In this document: piece by piece, positions 1 to 13,082 of the stretch | Position numbering within the stretch: the first letter of the stretch is position 1 | Layout of the letters: each line of letters opens with the position of its first letter | DNA from: Setoptus koraiensis | Lineage: Eukaryota; Animalia; Arthropoda | Reading direction: 5' to 3' | NCBI GenBank assembly: GCA_048013815.1 | Contig: CM106586.1 | Span: 17,856,001 to 17,920,000 of the forward strand | Length of the DNA: 64,000 bases | Program-made: the position numbers and the translations under genes | Notes under the pieces: generated by a model | The model's database searches: none | Told to the model about the DNA's origin: nothing | The model's input: only the letters and a program-made list of their open reading frames with translations

Positions 1-332
1 GTCGTCGGTTGTCGGCTGATGCCAGTGTGGCCGCATGTGAGCACGGAATGGGTGCGGATGGATCGCAACGAACGCATGCAAATACGCACAAATACGGGAC
101 GATTGGCAAAATTGAATCGGCTTGGCCAGTGGTCAGTTCGGGGTGACGCGGCCGCAGGGGCGGCCGCAGTCAAAACTGTTGACTCAAAATACAAATAGCG
201 CAAAATCACACTCGCGGCCACTTGCCGCAAATTTGGCGCGCTTGTTCCGGCATTGTATCACCGCATAATCGGCCCGGGCATGCATTATTCATTGCTCTCT
301 CATTTCATTTGACTAACTAAATGACCAACTAG

Positions 333-516
333 TTAGCTGGCCGACTCGGGCCGCTGAAGCAAACCGCCACAAACCGCCACAAATGCTCGGGCAGCGACAC
401 AGAGCCGCCGAGTTGTGGCGCGAATCGGGCGGCCGAGTTTTTGGCCGGCGCAAGTCGTGCTAAAAAACGCTCCAATCACAACAACAGCAGCCTGCCGACC
501 AATCGAGTCGAACCAG
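333..516 (+). other. Candidate exon (coding or 5'UTR) of an unidentified gene
   Basis: Branch-point-like GACTAAC at ~312-318, AG at 331-332, and strong donor CCAG|GTGAGT with GT at 517. The frame starting at 333 is open throughout (LAGRLGPLKQ...SRAKKRSNHNNSSLPTNRVEP) and ends in phase 1. No recognisable domain. Confidence 0.35.
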
Positions 517-1007
517 GTGAGTGTACCTGAGCTATGCAAATGTTTACAGCTGGCTTCTTTGTTTCCGCTGTCTGACAGACGGCGACTCTGTTGCGACTTG
601 GTCATCGCAATTTCGGCAATTGCACTAACTCACTCATACTCGGACAACAATAATTTCGGGCTTCTTCTCAAAATATCTCGGGCCGATCGAGTCTGGCCCG
701 TTTGGTCTGGCCCATCGAGTCGGGCCGATCCAGTTGGGCCGATTGGAAGCCCGTAATTGATTTGACGGCTGGCGCCGCTTGATTTATGTTGACATTTAAT
801 ATGAGTTATTTATATTTCGCAGCGTCGGCCAATTTGGCTTTGGTTCGTCTCGACAAACCTTTTGGTGTCACTGGCCGCAGCTTGCGCTTGCTGTCGCAAG
901 TTGCCGCTCGGCATGTCGATCGGGTTGTCGGGCCAACAAGCGAGCGCACCCACGGCGACAACATTACGTAATCACACACTGATCGGCTGGCTTTGATCAG
1001 CTGACCG

Positions 1008-1060
1008 GGATCAACTGACCAGGATCAACTGACCAGGATCAACTGACTAGGATCAACTGG
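1008..1060. repeat. 14-bp tandem repeat (GGATCAACTGACCA) x~4
   Basis: Direct reading; last copies slightly degenerate. Confidence 0.9.
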
Positions 1061-1734
1061 AGCAGCCGACTGGTTCAACAAGAGGGCGCAGTGCTGCTGT
1101 GAGAGCGGCAAAATGCAAGCATGGCGTCGTTGCATCCACCTTGCCATCAAATCAACAAACAAATGGACAAACAAATGGACAAAACTGACCAAACAAACGC
1201 AAACAAATGAACGAGCAACTGCAATAGTGATTTGCTAGCATTTATCAATCATCACTGTTTATATTAAGTTATATTTATGCAAAGTTTAATGCTCGCGTTA
1301 CGTTGTCCAACTAACGCTTGACACAATGAATGGCGATGCAATAAATTAGCTTTATATCGAGTTATATCGGCTTGTATCGAGTTGTATCAAGTTATGTGAT
1401 GCGCGCTTGTGTCAAGTTGTGTCAAGTTATAAATCGTAATAATTATCCAACTTGGTCGTTAACTGTTAACTGTCCATCCGTCCGGTGAAGCGGCAAAGTG
1501 CGCGCATTGCCTTGGCGCCACTCAAAAGTCAGTCACTCTCTAAATATTATTGTTATTATTATTATCATTATGTAAAGCTAGCTTATAAGCGGCATTACAT
1601 AATAGTAATAATAATAATATGAGCTGTTGTTTATAATGCAGCCCGAAACGAGCTTATATAACTTTTGTTATCACCTAACAACTATCAGCTGGACTAAAAA
1701 TGGGGAGTGTCGCTCATTATTGACAGTTACCTGT

Positions 1735-1761
1735 GTTGTTGTTGTCGTGGTTGTTGTCGTG

Positions 1762-1794
<33 letters not shown>

Positions 1795-1808
1795 GTTGCT
1801 GTTGTTGT
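1735..1808. repeat. (GTT)n microsatellite, imperfect
   Basis: Direct reading; explains the poly-V/poly-C junk ORFs here. Confidence 0.95.
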
Positions 1809-2000
1809 TTTATCCACCTGTCCTCCGCAGTGCACACGTCACACTGCACGCTCAACGGCTGGCTCACAACACACAAGGCTCACAACAAGGCTCACAACAA
1901 GGCTAATCTAATGGCTTCGTAGGCCATCCTGATTGCAAGCCTCTGTCTAACGGGATCGCTATGGATATTGCTCATCTCAGATGGTTGCAGTCACCTGGCC

Positions 2001-2075
2001 GGTCGTCATATTTGTCACAATGGTCGTCGTATTTGTCACGATGGTGGTCGTATTTGCCACGATGGTCGTCATAAT
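2001..2075. repeat. 21-bp tandem repeat (GGTCGTCRTATTTGYCACRAT) x~3.5
   Basis: Direct reading. Confidence 0.85.
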
Positions 2076-3292
2076 CGGGCAAATAATGGGGGGCTACAAC
2101 ATGGGCACAACATGGGCACAACATGGGCACATTATGGCAAAAATGAAAGTTATCCCCTATAAACTAGCGACTGTAGGCTCTTCCCCCTTGCCTATACGTC
2201 AGTAATAGGCAGTGTCAGTGTTGGTCGCTTGTTGTCAGTGTTGGCTGGCTGTTTGTGTTGGCCGGCTGTCAGCTGCTGGCTGTGACCAGCAACCAGCACC
2301 TGTCCGACAGATGGCGCCACCATTCAAGCACATGCTTCGCAAGCACTGCCCGGTGTTGAAGATAGCAACTCCCATTTGTTGTTGCCGTTATCTCGCTATC
2401 TCGCCGCTGTCCCGTTATGTATCTTGGCGAGAGTGAGAGAGCGAGAGAGCGAGAGAGCGAGAGTTTCTAGAGAGAGCTAGGCTGTGTGAGAATACTTTCT
2501 TTTTTAACATGTTGCTCAACTTTTGTTTGTTTCATTCGGCCAATCGCAAGCGACCAACACACACGACAGTCTATGCGACAAGTGCAAACAAATAGTAGTA
2601 GTTGTGCTGTTATAATAATCCAATCATTGCGTCATATATATGCACATACATAATATTGGTGACTTATGCCAGCGACAATCAAAATATACACAACACTTAA
2701 TTGCGTAATAGCGAGCGACAAACCAGAAGAAGCGCCACGACCAATGAATGCGACAATTCAATCAACGTCAGCAGACTCTTTCATCCGCAAGCAACTGTGA
2801 TTGATATCATCGTATATATCACTCGATATTAGCCCGGTTATATTGCCAGTCAGCCAGTCAGCCAGTCAGCCAGTCAGCCTAGTTGTAGTTACACAATTAA
2901 TCAAGTGCAGCCACATATTGCACTGTGCACTTGCGACTCGCAATCAATTCGCAATTATCCAATCCGCATTATCCGCATTATCCGCACTTGCGATTCAATC
3001 AATCACCACCACCATCAACAACAAACTTTTCCCTCATCACTGGTCATCGTGCCGTCAAGGTGAGTACTCGCTTTGTCACACAGCAAGACAGGAAGTGTCA
3101 AGCGGGCCAAAAATGGCCCAGTGTCACCACGCTGTGATTCTTCCAATTCTCTCAGTACATTCAATTTATATTCAATTTTGAAGTGCAACCTGTCACTAAA
3201 TTTCAAATTAAAATTTGTGCGCGTGTGTCACATAGTGGTTGCCAAAGTTTACTTTGGCAACTAATCACAGCAGATTGCTCCATACTATTGAC

Positions 3293-3346
3293 TCAATATT
3301 ACTTGTGAGTCAATATTACTTGTGAGTCAATATTACTTGTGAGTCA
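3293..3346. repeat. 17-bp tandem repeat (TCAATATTACTTGTGAG) x3
   Basis: Direct reading. Confidence 0.9.
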
Positions 3347-4052
3347 ATAGCATTGAGCTAATAGATTGCGCAACACTCAATATATCAGGCGATATCACTC
3401 TCAACTTGAGACTCTCAAGACAGATTTCGAGAAGCAGCTGATCGCTCATTACGTAATATATATATATAAGATATATATAAGATAAAACATGGCGGTTTTA
3501 CAGGTATTATAACTGTTGCGCAATCATGACTCATGACTGAACATTGTGCAACAAACGCTACAGTTGCTCACTCATGATGAACAGTGTTAGTTGCGCAACA
3601 AACACACAGGACAGGTGTTAGTTGGTCAGTTAGTTTGTTTTTCGTTGCTTAATCGTGATTGACCGCTTATTTGATTGATTGCGTCATATTTGCGCCCCAT
3701 CAAGCGACGCAGCAAATTGGTGGACGCTTTTGGCCTAGTCACATGGTTGGTGCACCCATGGCACAACGTTAAGTGTACAGTTATTTGCAGTTTTTTCTTT
3801 TTTGTAGTTATTTGCAGTTGCTTGGCGTTATTTGAGCAGTCGCTTGCAGTCGTTTGGGCACCTACTGGCACCTAGAGCTAGCTAGGCCAAATTCCGGGCC
3901 ACGAGCGCTGCGAGCGCTTGCAAAATTACAATTGCTCACAAAGCTCAGGCTGGCCCCTCAAATGGACGCTTCAGATGGACGCACAGTGGCCAGTTGGCGA
4001 GATGTTTGCCCATTCAGACACGACAAGTCGCCATGTCAACGCCCTGAGCACC

Positions 4053-4160
4053 TTGAGCTGGTTACGTAATGCATTGAGCTGGTTACGTAATGCGTTGAGC
4101 TGGTTACGTAATGCAGCGAGCCGGTTGCTTACTGCAGCGAGCTGGTTGCGTAATGAGCGC
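4053..4160. repeat. 21-bp tandem repeat (TTGAGCTGGTTACGTAATGCR) x3 plus 2 degenerate copies, carrying bZIP-type TTACGTAA/TTGCGTAA sites
   Basis: TTACGTAA at 4062, 4083, 4104; TTGCGTAA at 4146. Confidence 0.85.
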
Positions 4161-4742
4161 GCCAAGAGATTGGGGTAGCACGTTGACAGCGCCACTGCGA
4201 GTCAGTTTATTCGTCAGTTATGCAGTCAGTACAGTTGTCCGAATTAACTGACTGCCAAGACAAAAAACAAAAACAAAAGTTACACAATAAAGTAGGTGCC
4301 AGATGAGTGAGTTGTTTGACACCTCGCCCGATGGACGCAAGGTGAGCACACAGTTTGCTCTACAGGATAAGTTGCATAAGATGCGGTGGTCAGCTGACCA
4401 CAGTGAAAGCAGCGCAAAATGGCCATTGTTGCGTAATATGCTCGAGGCTCCAGCTTCCAGTTGCCAGCTTTTAGCCGGTCGCTAAAAGTGAGCTAAATGT
4501 TGCAGTAGCAGCAGCGGCTAAATATCGCAAAAGTAGCGCCTAAATGCAATCAAATGCAAAAGGTGCAACAGGTGCAATTTGTGCAATTTGCGCAGTCTGT
4601 GCCGCCTGTGCCGTCTGTGCAGTTTGACGCGACCAACTTGCAACTTGTTGCTTTTTTGTTGCCGTTAGTGCTCTTATTATATAACTTGTTACTTGTGTTT
4701 ACACAGTACCCGCCAACACACAAAGCTCGATAGATGCACAGA

Positions 4743-4803
4743 TACTAACAATTCACCTATTCACAGGTGAGGCCAGGTGATCTATCAGGTGATCTATCAG
4801 GTG
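4743..4803 (+). promoter_or_regulatory. TACTAAC branch point + CAG|GTGAG junction, followed by a cluster of four CAGGTG (E-box) words
   Basis: TACTAAC 4743-4749; AG 4765-4766; CAGGTG at 4764, 4774, 4786, 4798. Confidence 0.45.
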
Positions 4804-5828
4804 ATCGAGTGGTGCCAGTGGCCACCTTGAGCGACGGCAACAACAACAACAACATACTGTCTCAAGACACTTTTAACTTGTTGTAAGTTACAAGGCAACA
4901 AGGCAATTGACAGAAGCCTGACAAGTGAGCGGGGCACATGAGATGCATTCACTATATGATAATGCGCTTATATAATAATAACCCTCAATAATACCCCAAC
5001 AATGCCCTAACAGTACCCTAACAGCAGCCTAATAACACTCTGACAACAGCCTAATAATACCGTTTGGCCATACGCCACGCGACAGCACGCAGCACGATGT
5101 CACATGTATTGCATCACCTGTCGAATGGCCTCACCAGTTGTGAGTCATCACAACCGCTCGTCGAGCCAGCTGATGTACTATCAGTCTGACAGCTAACCAG
5201 CTGACAATGTTGCGAGCGTCTGAACCAGCTGACTTGAGAGCGTCTGCATCAGCTGACTTGAGAGCGTCTTGACCAGCTGACTTGTCAATGACACTTGGTT
5301 GACATTTGTCAAACAACTGACATAGATCGACGGCAAGCAACGAGGCACGCCCGCCCGCTCAACACACACAGTGGCAACAAATATCATATAATATATAATT
5401 GTCGCTCGGATACATGCATTAATGCTGCCTCTAATTAGTGTGTGTGTTGCGTTACTATTGCATGTAAGCATCTGTGTGGCATCGCTGCCTGAATGAATGA
5501 ATTAACAATTGTGAACAATTGCTAATGAAGTTGTGACTTCATTCACATTTTCTGTCGTGTTTGTCTGGTGTTTTCTGCGCCGCTGTTGTTGTCGTCGCAT
5601 CATGTCGTTGCTGTTGTTGCTGTTGCATCATGTCGTTGCTGTTGTTGTTGTCGTCGCAGCATGTCGTTGTTGGCGGTGTCATTGTCGGACAACAACAATA
5701 CCGACAACACGGCGCATATTGTTGCGCAACGTCGACATGTCGCCTTATCTTGTCATTTTGCCCAATCAACACCACCAACGAGGACGCATTCCAAAGGCAT
5801 GACAGCGCCAGGTGACCAAGTCACACAG

Positions 5829-5875
<47 letters not shown>

Positions 5876-7733
5876 CAAGAGAGAATGTCGGTTATATTTG
5901 GATTGCTATTTTCGAGCCTTGAGCGGCTTCTTCTTTTCAGCTGATTCTCAGCTGATTTTCAGCCGATTTTCAGCTGATTTCGTCAGCCAGCGACACATAG
6001 CCGCTATGCGAGCATGATGTGAATTCTGTGTGTCTTGGCACATTCCGACAGAGTGTGTGTGTAATCTTTATTTGGCCTGCGCAAACACAAAAACGACAGG
6101 CCAACAGGTAGCAGAGGGGAAAATATGCAAATACAATATTTGCTTATTTGGCCACAACTTATTTGGCACTAGCCGCTGGCCCAACAACCGACCGCTCTAA
6201 CAACAGACTGTTTGTCATGCTAATGTTGCGCGCCAAGCCGCCCGGCAGCGGACAGCGCGGGATGCGGCGACGGTTACAGCGGCAGCGCCGGTCAGTGCGA
6301 CAGCCGGAGCGCCGGTCAGCGCGACAGCGGCAGCGCCGGCCAGTGCCAGCGACAGGTGCCCTGCATTGTGGGGCGCCCACGCTGCGTTGCGTTGCGCCAT
6401 GATTGCTTGTATGACACACAAGGCAGCGCCGGTCAGTTATGCGCCGTTTGTTTGTTGTAGGCAAACTGTCTCACACACACACACACAAACAAACGGACAG
6501 CGCCGTTATGTAATATATTATCGCTCACACAACATGATGTGAGTGTGCGCTCGTTGGCGAGCGAGTTCAACGAACACACACACACACACATTATATAACA
6601 TATTTAATACGCGAGACATATAATGCGCCGGCATGGATTGCGTCACACCGACGGCCGCTCTTGCGAGCGGCCATTATTTTTGATTTGTGCTGTCCGCTTG
6701 TATTTGCATGACGCAACGACAGCGGCCGACAAAACGACAAGACGACAAAACGACGCCCGACGAGCCGACAAGCTCGAGCGCCGGTCAGTGGGGTCTGGCC
6801 AGTGCGGCCAGTGCGGCCAGTGCGGCGCGAGAAAAGTGTGAGAAAAGTCATCTGCGCGCCGGCCGCTGCAATGCGCCGTGCATCGCCAATTGGAGCGGCC
6901 GCTAATGCGATGCGCCTACGTGGGCCAATTAAATCTGTCGGCTCGGCTCGCCATAAAATTGGCTCGGCTGCCAACAAACTGGCCGACGCGATTTGCAGCG
7001 AGATGCGGCGATGCGGCGAGAGGCGGCGGTGCCGAGATGCAGCGAGATGCGGCGGTGCGGCGGTGCAACTATGCATAGAGCGGATAAGTGAGTGATGCTG
7101 ACAAGACGCGAACGAGATGATGGGCGAAAGTGGCGCCAACGGCGGCCGCAACAAATGGTCTCGATGTCACCCGAGCGCCGAGATAATTGATTTTCGATCG
7201 ACTTGTCGCCGGACGACCGCTGACCGCTCGCCGCTCGCTGCTGACCGCTCGCCGCTGACCGTCGGCCGCTCGGAGCGCACAATGGGCAAAAGTGGAGCAA
7301 CTTGCAGAGGTGTACGGGCCGACGGCGCATAAATTTGTTTGACAGCAGTTTGGTAGCATGAATTATCTGGTTGCATTAGCCACCGGACAGTGGACACATC
7401 ACACAAGAGATCAGATCAGTGATTATTTTCCACGCCAGCCGCCGTCTTTCCGAGCCGCCGTCTTTTCGAGCCGCCGTCAGCTGTTTGGTACCTGTGCAAA
7501 GCGCCGGCGAGTTACCTGGCGTGTTCACGCCGATACACATGCGCTCTGTGGCCGCCGCGATATCGGGCCTAATGATAATTGTGTGTGTGTGTGTGTGTGT
7601 GTCGTCGATTTGCATAATTGCCTTTATGGCGCTTTCATGAGCGGGCAGCCCGCAAATAAGCCTTTATGTGCGCTCACACATGTGACGTAATACATGTGAG
7701 CGCACATGTAGCCTTTATGACGCAATCCGACGA

Positions 7734-7851
7734 TGCAAGCAGGCGGTGCGAGCGGTGCAGACGATGCGAGCGGTGCAAGCGGTGCAGGCGACATAAGCGA
7801 TGCGAACGGTGCAGGCGATATAAGCGATGCGAACGGTGCGAGCGGTGCGAG
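7734..7851. repeat. 18-bp degenerate tandem repeat (GCGAGCGGTGCAGRCGAT-like)
   Basis: Direct reading; source of the spurious CERCRR peptide repeat in the ORF track. Confidence 0.8.
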
Positions 7852-9373
7852 AATCGTTGGCCGGCCGGCCAGACACGACGACAATTGACATGATAATAAT
7901 GATGAATAACGATAATAATAAATTAGCGGCGAACGCAGCTCGAAATTGAGGTTGACCAGCTGACCGCTGGTCAAGCCGATGCCTGGACAAAGTGGCAGCC
8001 ATTGAGACAATTACCGCAACAGCACCGAGCGAACAAGCGACAGGGTAAATAAATGGCGGCCTGACATCGCTTACAATGTGTGCACAAAACATGTTACATA
8101 ACTCGCTTGTCGCACTTGTTGCGTAACTGGCAGCCAGCTGACAGTGGTCAGCTGGCTGCAACAGCAACATGGTTACATAGTGTAAACACACACACACACA
8201 CACAATAATAACATGTATCTAGTCTAGTGCTGGCGGCCGATCATGTCGCCAGGCGCACCGTTATTCATTGGCGCCGAATGCACCTGTTGCATCGTTTGTT
8301 TGCACACACATTTGTTTGTATTTATTTATTTATTGCTGCCGCTGCATCTTTTCTCTGCTCACCTGGCCGCACAAATGCACCTGTGTGACAACTTGCGCCG
8401 CTGCTGCACCGCCGATGCTCAGCTGCTGCAGCGCCGATGCAGCGCCGATGCACCGTGTTCTGCAGAAACTGACGACACGACGGAGCCTTGAGAGTCTCGA
8501 GTTGAGAGTCTCGAGTTGAGAGTCGCAAGTTGCGAGCCAGGCTGCACCAGACAAGCGCAAGAGAACAAATATTGCGCAAGCTCCACGAAAAGGATCTGAC
8601 AAGATCGAGGATGCCACTTGTTGATTCTCATGCATTGCTCGGCGCGCCCCCTTGCGAGTTGTTGCGAGAGACGCTTTGTGTCCGCTGACTGTGTCGAGTT
8701 GACTCTGTCCGCTCGACTCTGTCCACTTCAGCTTGGCAGGACAGCGCTGACCAGCGCTCACCAATAGTGAATGCCGCCACTGCTGTGACGCAACCGATGG
8801 CGCAACCGATGGCGCAACCAATGACGCAATCAATAACGGCGATGCCCTTGGTGGCGCTGCTAGTGTCAGACACAGACTTATGTCAAGACCGAGAACGCTG
8901 ACAGAGCACGATGACAGCGGTACAGGTAAACTAACTACAGGTAACTATGGCCACTCTGGCGGCGAGGCGGCAAAGGTCAGTGTGGCGCGATAGCGATCTC
9001 TGTGGCTCTGCGGCTCGGTGGCTCTGTGGCGAGACGCAACTCAAGTGGCCGTGGTGACATCTCTCAATCAGGCGCAAATTGTGCGCGCAAATAACTATAA
9101 TTAATGCGCCAATGTGCGCCCGCAAGTGTCGCGCACTAAGCAGTAATTAATCAAATGTACTGTCACTGTCACTGACAGTGAGTAACGGTCACTCTATCTA
9201 TCACTGTAGCCGTTATATGCAGTATAACAAGGCATTGCAACAGTTATAGCACAAGCTGTCATGATGATGCAACTGTTTACGTTATGGCGCAACTGTTTAC
9301 GCATCTGTGACGCAACTGCTGCCAGATGTGATGCAACAGGGGGCGATATTGCGGACCTTGATACAATCAGCTC

Positions 9374-9457
9374 GACAGTATCAACGCGACAGTATCAACT
9401 GGACAGTATCAACTGGACAGTATCAACTGGACAGTATCAACTCGATAGCATCAAGTT
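9374..9457. repeat. 14-bp tandem repeat (GACAGTATCAACTG) x5-6
   Basis: Units start at 9374, 9388, 9402, 9416, 9430, with a degenerate unit at 9444. Confidence 0.9.
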
Positions 9458-11105
9458 GATAGGGGGCGACGGGCAAGTGCCCGTGAGCAACATGAGCGGT
9501 CAGTCTATAAATATCTTTGCAAATCGCCAAAATATCGCCCATGTTACATATGATGATGTGCGGCCAGCTGACGTCGCCGGCCAGCAACTGGTCAGTTTGA
9601 TCGGACCAACTGGCCAAACGTCAGTCAGATAGATTTAAGCAACTGATGTCCACTGATGAGCGTTGCGTCATGCGCGCCCATTTAATCTGGTCTGGGGGGC
9701 ATGCGAGCACACAGTGTAAGTATATTGCACCGCTCGCAAGTGTACTTACTCGGCCAAACCGGATTGCTGTGGGCCATTCCAATTTGACTTTGATTTTGAT
9801 GGAAATCAATTTTGGAAAGTGGAATAAAAAGTGTCTTATTTACACTTTGCAACTATATAATTTATCGCTATGTTGATTATCATGCGAGCGGCAATTATCT
9901 TTTTTGGCTGGCGCAACACACTTGACACACTTGATTGGGCCACCTCACCTGTCGGCGCTCTCTTTCGTGAGCGTGTGCGCTGCCGAGTTGAGTGGTGCTG
10001 CCAACAAACAACCCTTACAACCGTATCAATATCTATCGCTGTCTTGGCATTTTGGTGCGCATTTTAGTGTGTATTTTGGCGTGTATTTGATGAGCCAAAA
10101 TTGAGCCGTGCCAAGTTTATCTGTCTGCCATTATTCCAGATACAGCGCTTTCGACCATTTGACCGCTACTCGGCCAATCGATCATCGCAATCGCCAGAGC
10201 GGCCAACACTGCCCAGACCCGGCCCGCGCTTGGCGATCTCCATGCAGCTCAACGCTAATCAGGCGAATTGGGCACTTTGGGCTCTTTCGGCGGCGGGCCG
10301 GTCACCCGAGGCCGAAATAGCCGGCAAGCGCGCCGCCTGTGCCTTTGACGTACGACACGCGTTGCGCATTTATTCTTTGCGATGATCGGGCCATTGGGCC
10401 GGCCCCCGGGGCGGCCGACCGGCAATGACATTGGCAGCACAGGTGAGCACTTGAATTAGCGTGAACATTTCAATCAGACGCGCCTCGTTTCATGCGGTCA
10501 GCCAACAACAACAACAGCAACGGCCAGCGGTCAGCGAATAACGGCAACGGCCGGCGGTCATCACAGCACGTAATAATAACGGCACAATAACGATTGGCGC
10601 GATTGGCACAATAATGGCACAATAATGGCACAATTAAACGCTCATTCATGAGCGGATTGTTTGAGCCGATGAGCCGATTCATGGCGAGTATATCTCGTGT
10701 TTGCATTGCGTCACACAAACAAACACAAACACTGTTGCTAACTGCTGCTAATCAGCAGCGGGCAGCATCATTGTTGATATCAGCTGTCTGTGGCCGGCCA
10801 ACTGTTGCTGCTTGTGGCCACCAATGAGCAGCGAGATAATTGATAACCAACTGACCAGCCGACTAACTGAGCCGAGCCGAGCGACCAGCGGCCGAGCGAC
10901 CAGCCAGCGGCTATAAATAGCCGGCCGGCCTTCATTAAAGCCAGGGCTTCGTTTATCCCTACGGCGAGCCAGCTTGCCACTGAAGCGGCCAGATCGGCCG
11001 CAAACAGCGCCGAGATGCAGCGAGATCTGGCTGCCATTCATCAATAATTGTTCGTCTCTGCTCCGTCTGACCATTTTAAAATAAATCTGATTGCGCAACA
11101 AGCCA

Positions 11106-11139
<34 letters not shown>

Positions 11140-12000
11140 GTCGACGGAGTCAATTTGCGAATCTCAACCGCGACCCGTTGAGCTCCGGCTGATGTAACTG
11201 CTGATAACAGCTGATCACTGTTGATGTCCAGTATCGTCTGTCAGTGCGCAACATATGACTGTCAGTGCGCAACATATGACTGTCAGTGCCAGATGATACT
11301 GACAGACGATCCGACTGGCCGGCCGAAACAAAGGGCAACAGTGTCGCCCCTTGCCTCACACTGACAACTGCGAGACGAGCTTGCAAGCAACACACACAAA
11401 TAATCCGCTGAGCGGCGGCCGGCGCACTGGCAAGCTCAACGGGCCGCTTCGGGCTGCTTCAATTTGCTGAGCCGTGGCTAAACGATATATTCAAATGAGA
11501 ACGTGATGTTGTTTGCCGAGCGAGAATTTCGCTTGCCGAGCGAGAATTTCGCTGGCAGTTTGCCGTTTGCGTTTCGTTGGGAATTTGTTTTGAATTTTGC
11601 ATTTTGTGCGCCGCATCTCATTCGCAACGACGATGCACTGATTCAAATTCAAACTATAAACAGTGCAACCAGCAAGCGCCAACAGCCTGCCCGCTGGCCG
11701 CCGACAGACGCGCCACCAGTCGGCAAGGTGCGCAACCGCGGCCAGCACCTGGCCACATGACATGTCCGTCGTGCCGCATGCCGTTGCAAACCGGAAACGG
11801 ATGAGCGTGAAGTTTGCCGACGAGACGGCGGTCAGCGCAAGTCGGCATAACGGCCCGCCGAAGCGGCCAATTGTGGCCGCCAATTAGCCCGTGTCTCAGC
11901 CGGCTGCTCTCAGCCAAGTTGGCCGCGCACAATGAGCCCAACACGACGTCAGGTGACGTGATTTGCGATGACGCAACTGTTGGCACTCTTGGCCGCCGTC

Positions 12001-12080
12001 TTGCGCAATCTTACGTCATCTTACGCAATCGTAGGCAATCTTACGCAATCCTAAGCCATCTTACAAAATCTTACGCAATC
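12001..12080. promoter_or_regulatory. 10-bp-period array of C/EBP-PAR/ATF-type bZIP words
   Basis: TTGCGCAATC TTACGTCATC TTACGCAATC GTAGGCAATC TTACGCAATC CTAAGCCATC TTACAAAATC TTACGCAATC. The repeat is observed; the regulatory role is inferred. Confidence 0.55.
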
Positions 12081-13015
12081 TTGTGCCGCTGTCTCGCGAA
12101 TTGGCAAGACGGCGAGCTGGCAAGACGGCTCCGACTCGGACAGCGCCAACATGGCGGCGTGGTGAATCGATGGCTCAATTGGCCGCATTTGCATCGCCCG
12201 TTACGCAGGCGACCTTTGCGCAAATGCCCATTGCGCTTTTGTGAGCGACTTGCTGGCGCCACCGACTCGACTAAATGGCGGTCAGCGTTTTTTCGGGGTC
12301 GTCGCGCCGCCATGCGAGCGGGTCACCCGCACTCGCTGGCTGGCCAGCCGAACAGCGCACAACCGACGGCTCGGGCGAGCTCGGCCAGCTGAAGAGCGGA
12401 CTGAATGGCCGGTCCGAATTGCGCCGAACGACCGCTGGCCGGTCGGCGGGCGCGAGGGCGAGCGGGCAAAAAATCAAATTAATCGGCCGGCACAATTCAA
12501 TTGGCGGCCTACGATTTTCTCCGGCACAATAAATTTTTTTCATCGCCTGTCGGGCGCGTCTGCCCATTTGGCTGGCCGCACAATTGACAGCAATTGGCCC
12601 ATTGTGTCAATTGTGCACATCGATGCAAATTGGCGGCCACTCGGGCCACCGGCACGGGGATGTTTCAGTGCGCACAGCGCTCATGCCGGCCGGCCGACCG
12701 GCCGGCCGAGACCGGCGGCCAGTTTGGCGGTTTGTGGCCGGCCCGTCCGCGCCACCTGATGGCGCCCCCGTGATGGCCGCGCTCAATGGCCGGCATGGCG
12801 GCGCCGGACCACACTGCGCGCTCGCCGGCTAATCCCGTCGCTCAGCGTCATTTTCCGCCTCTTGACCGTCGTGCACACTGGATAATATTGATGTATTATC
12901 CGCCGCTGCAGCAGCGCCAACCACAGCAACAACAACAACTGGAAAAGCGTTCACCTTGCGAGCGCCGGCCGGGCTAATCTGGCCGCCCGACACGGCCGCC
13001 GGACACGGCCGCCAG

Positions 13016-13082
13016 CCGGACGAGACGGCGGCCGGACGAGACGGCGGCCGGGCGAGACGGCGGCCGGACGAGACGGCGGCCG
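13016..13082. repeat. 17-bp GC-rich tandem repeat (CCGGACGAGACGGCGGC-like) x4
   Basis: Direct reading. Confidence 0.9.

Noticed and set aside
2205-2230. AGGCAGTGT resembling the miR-34 seed
   Set aside because: Only the seed matches, and I see no complementary hairpin arm.
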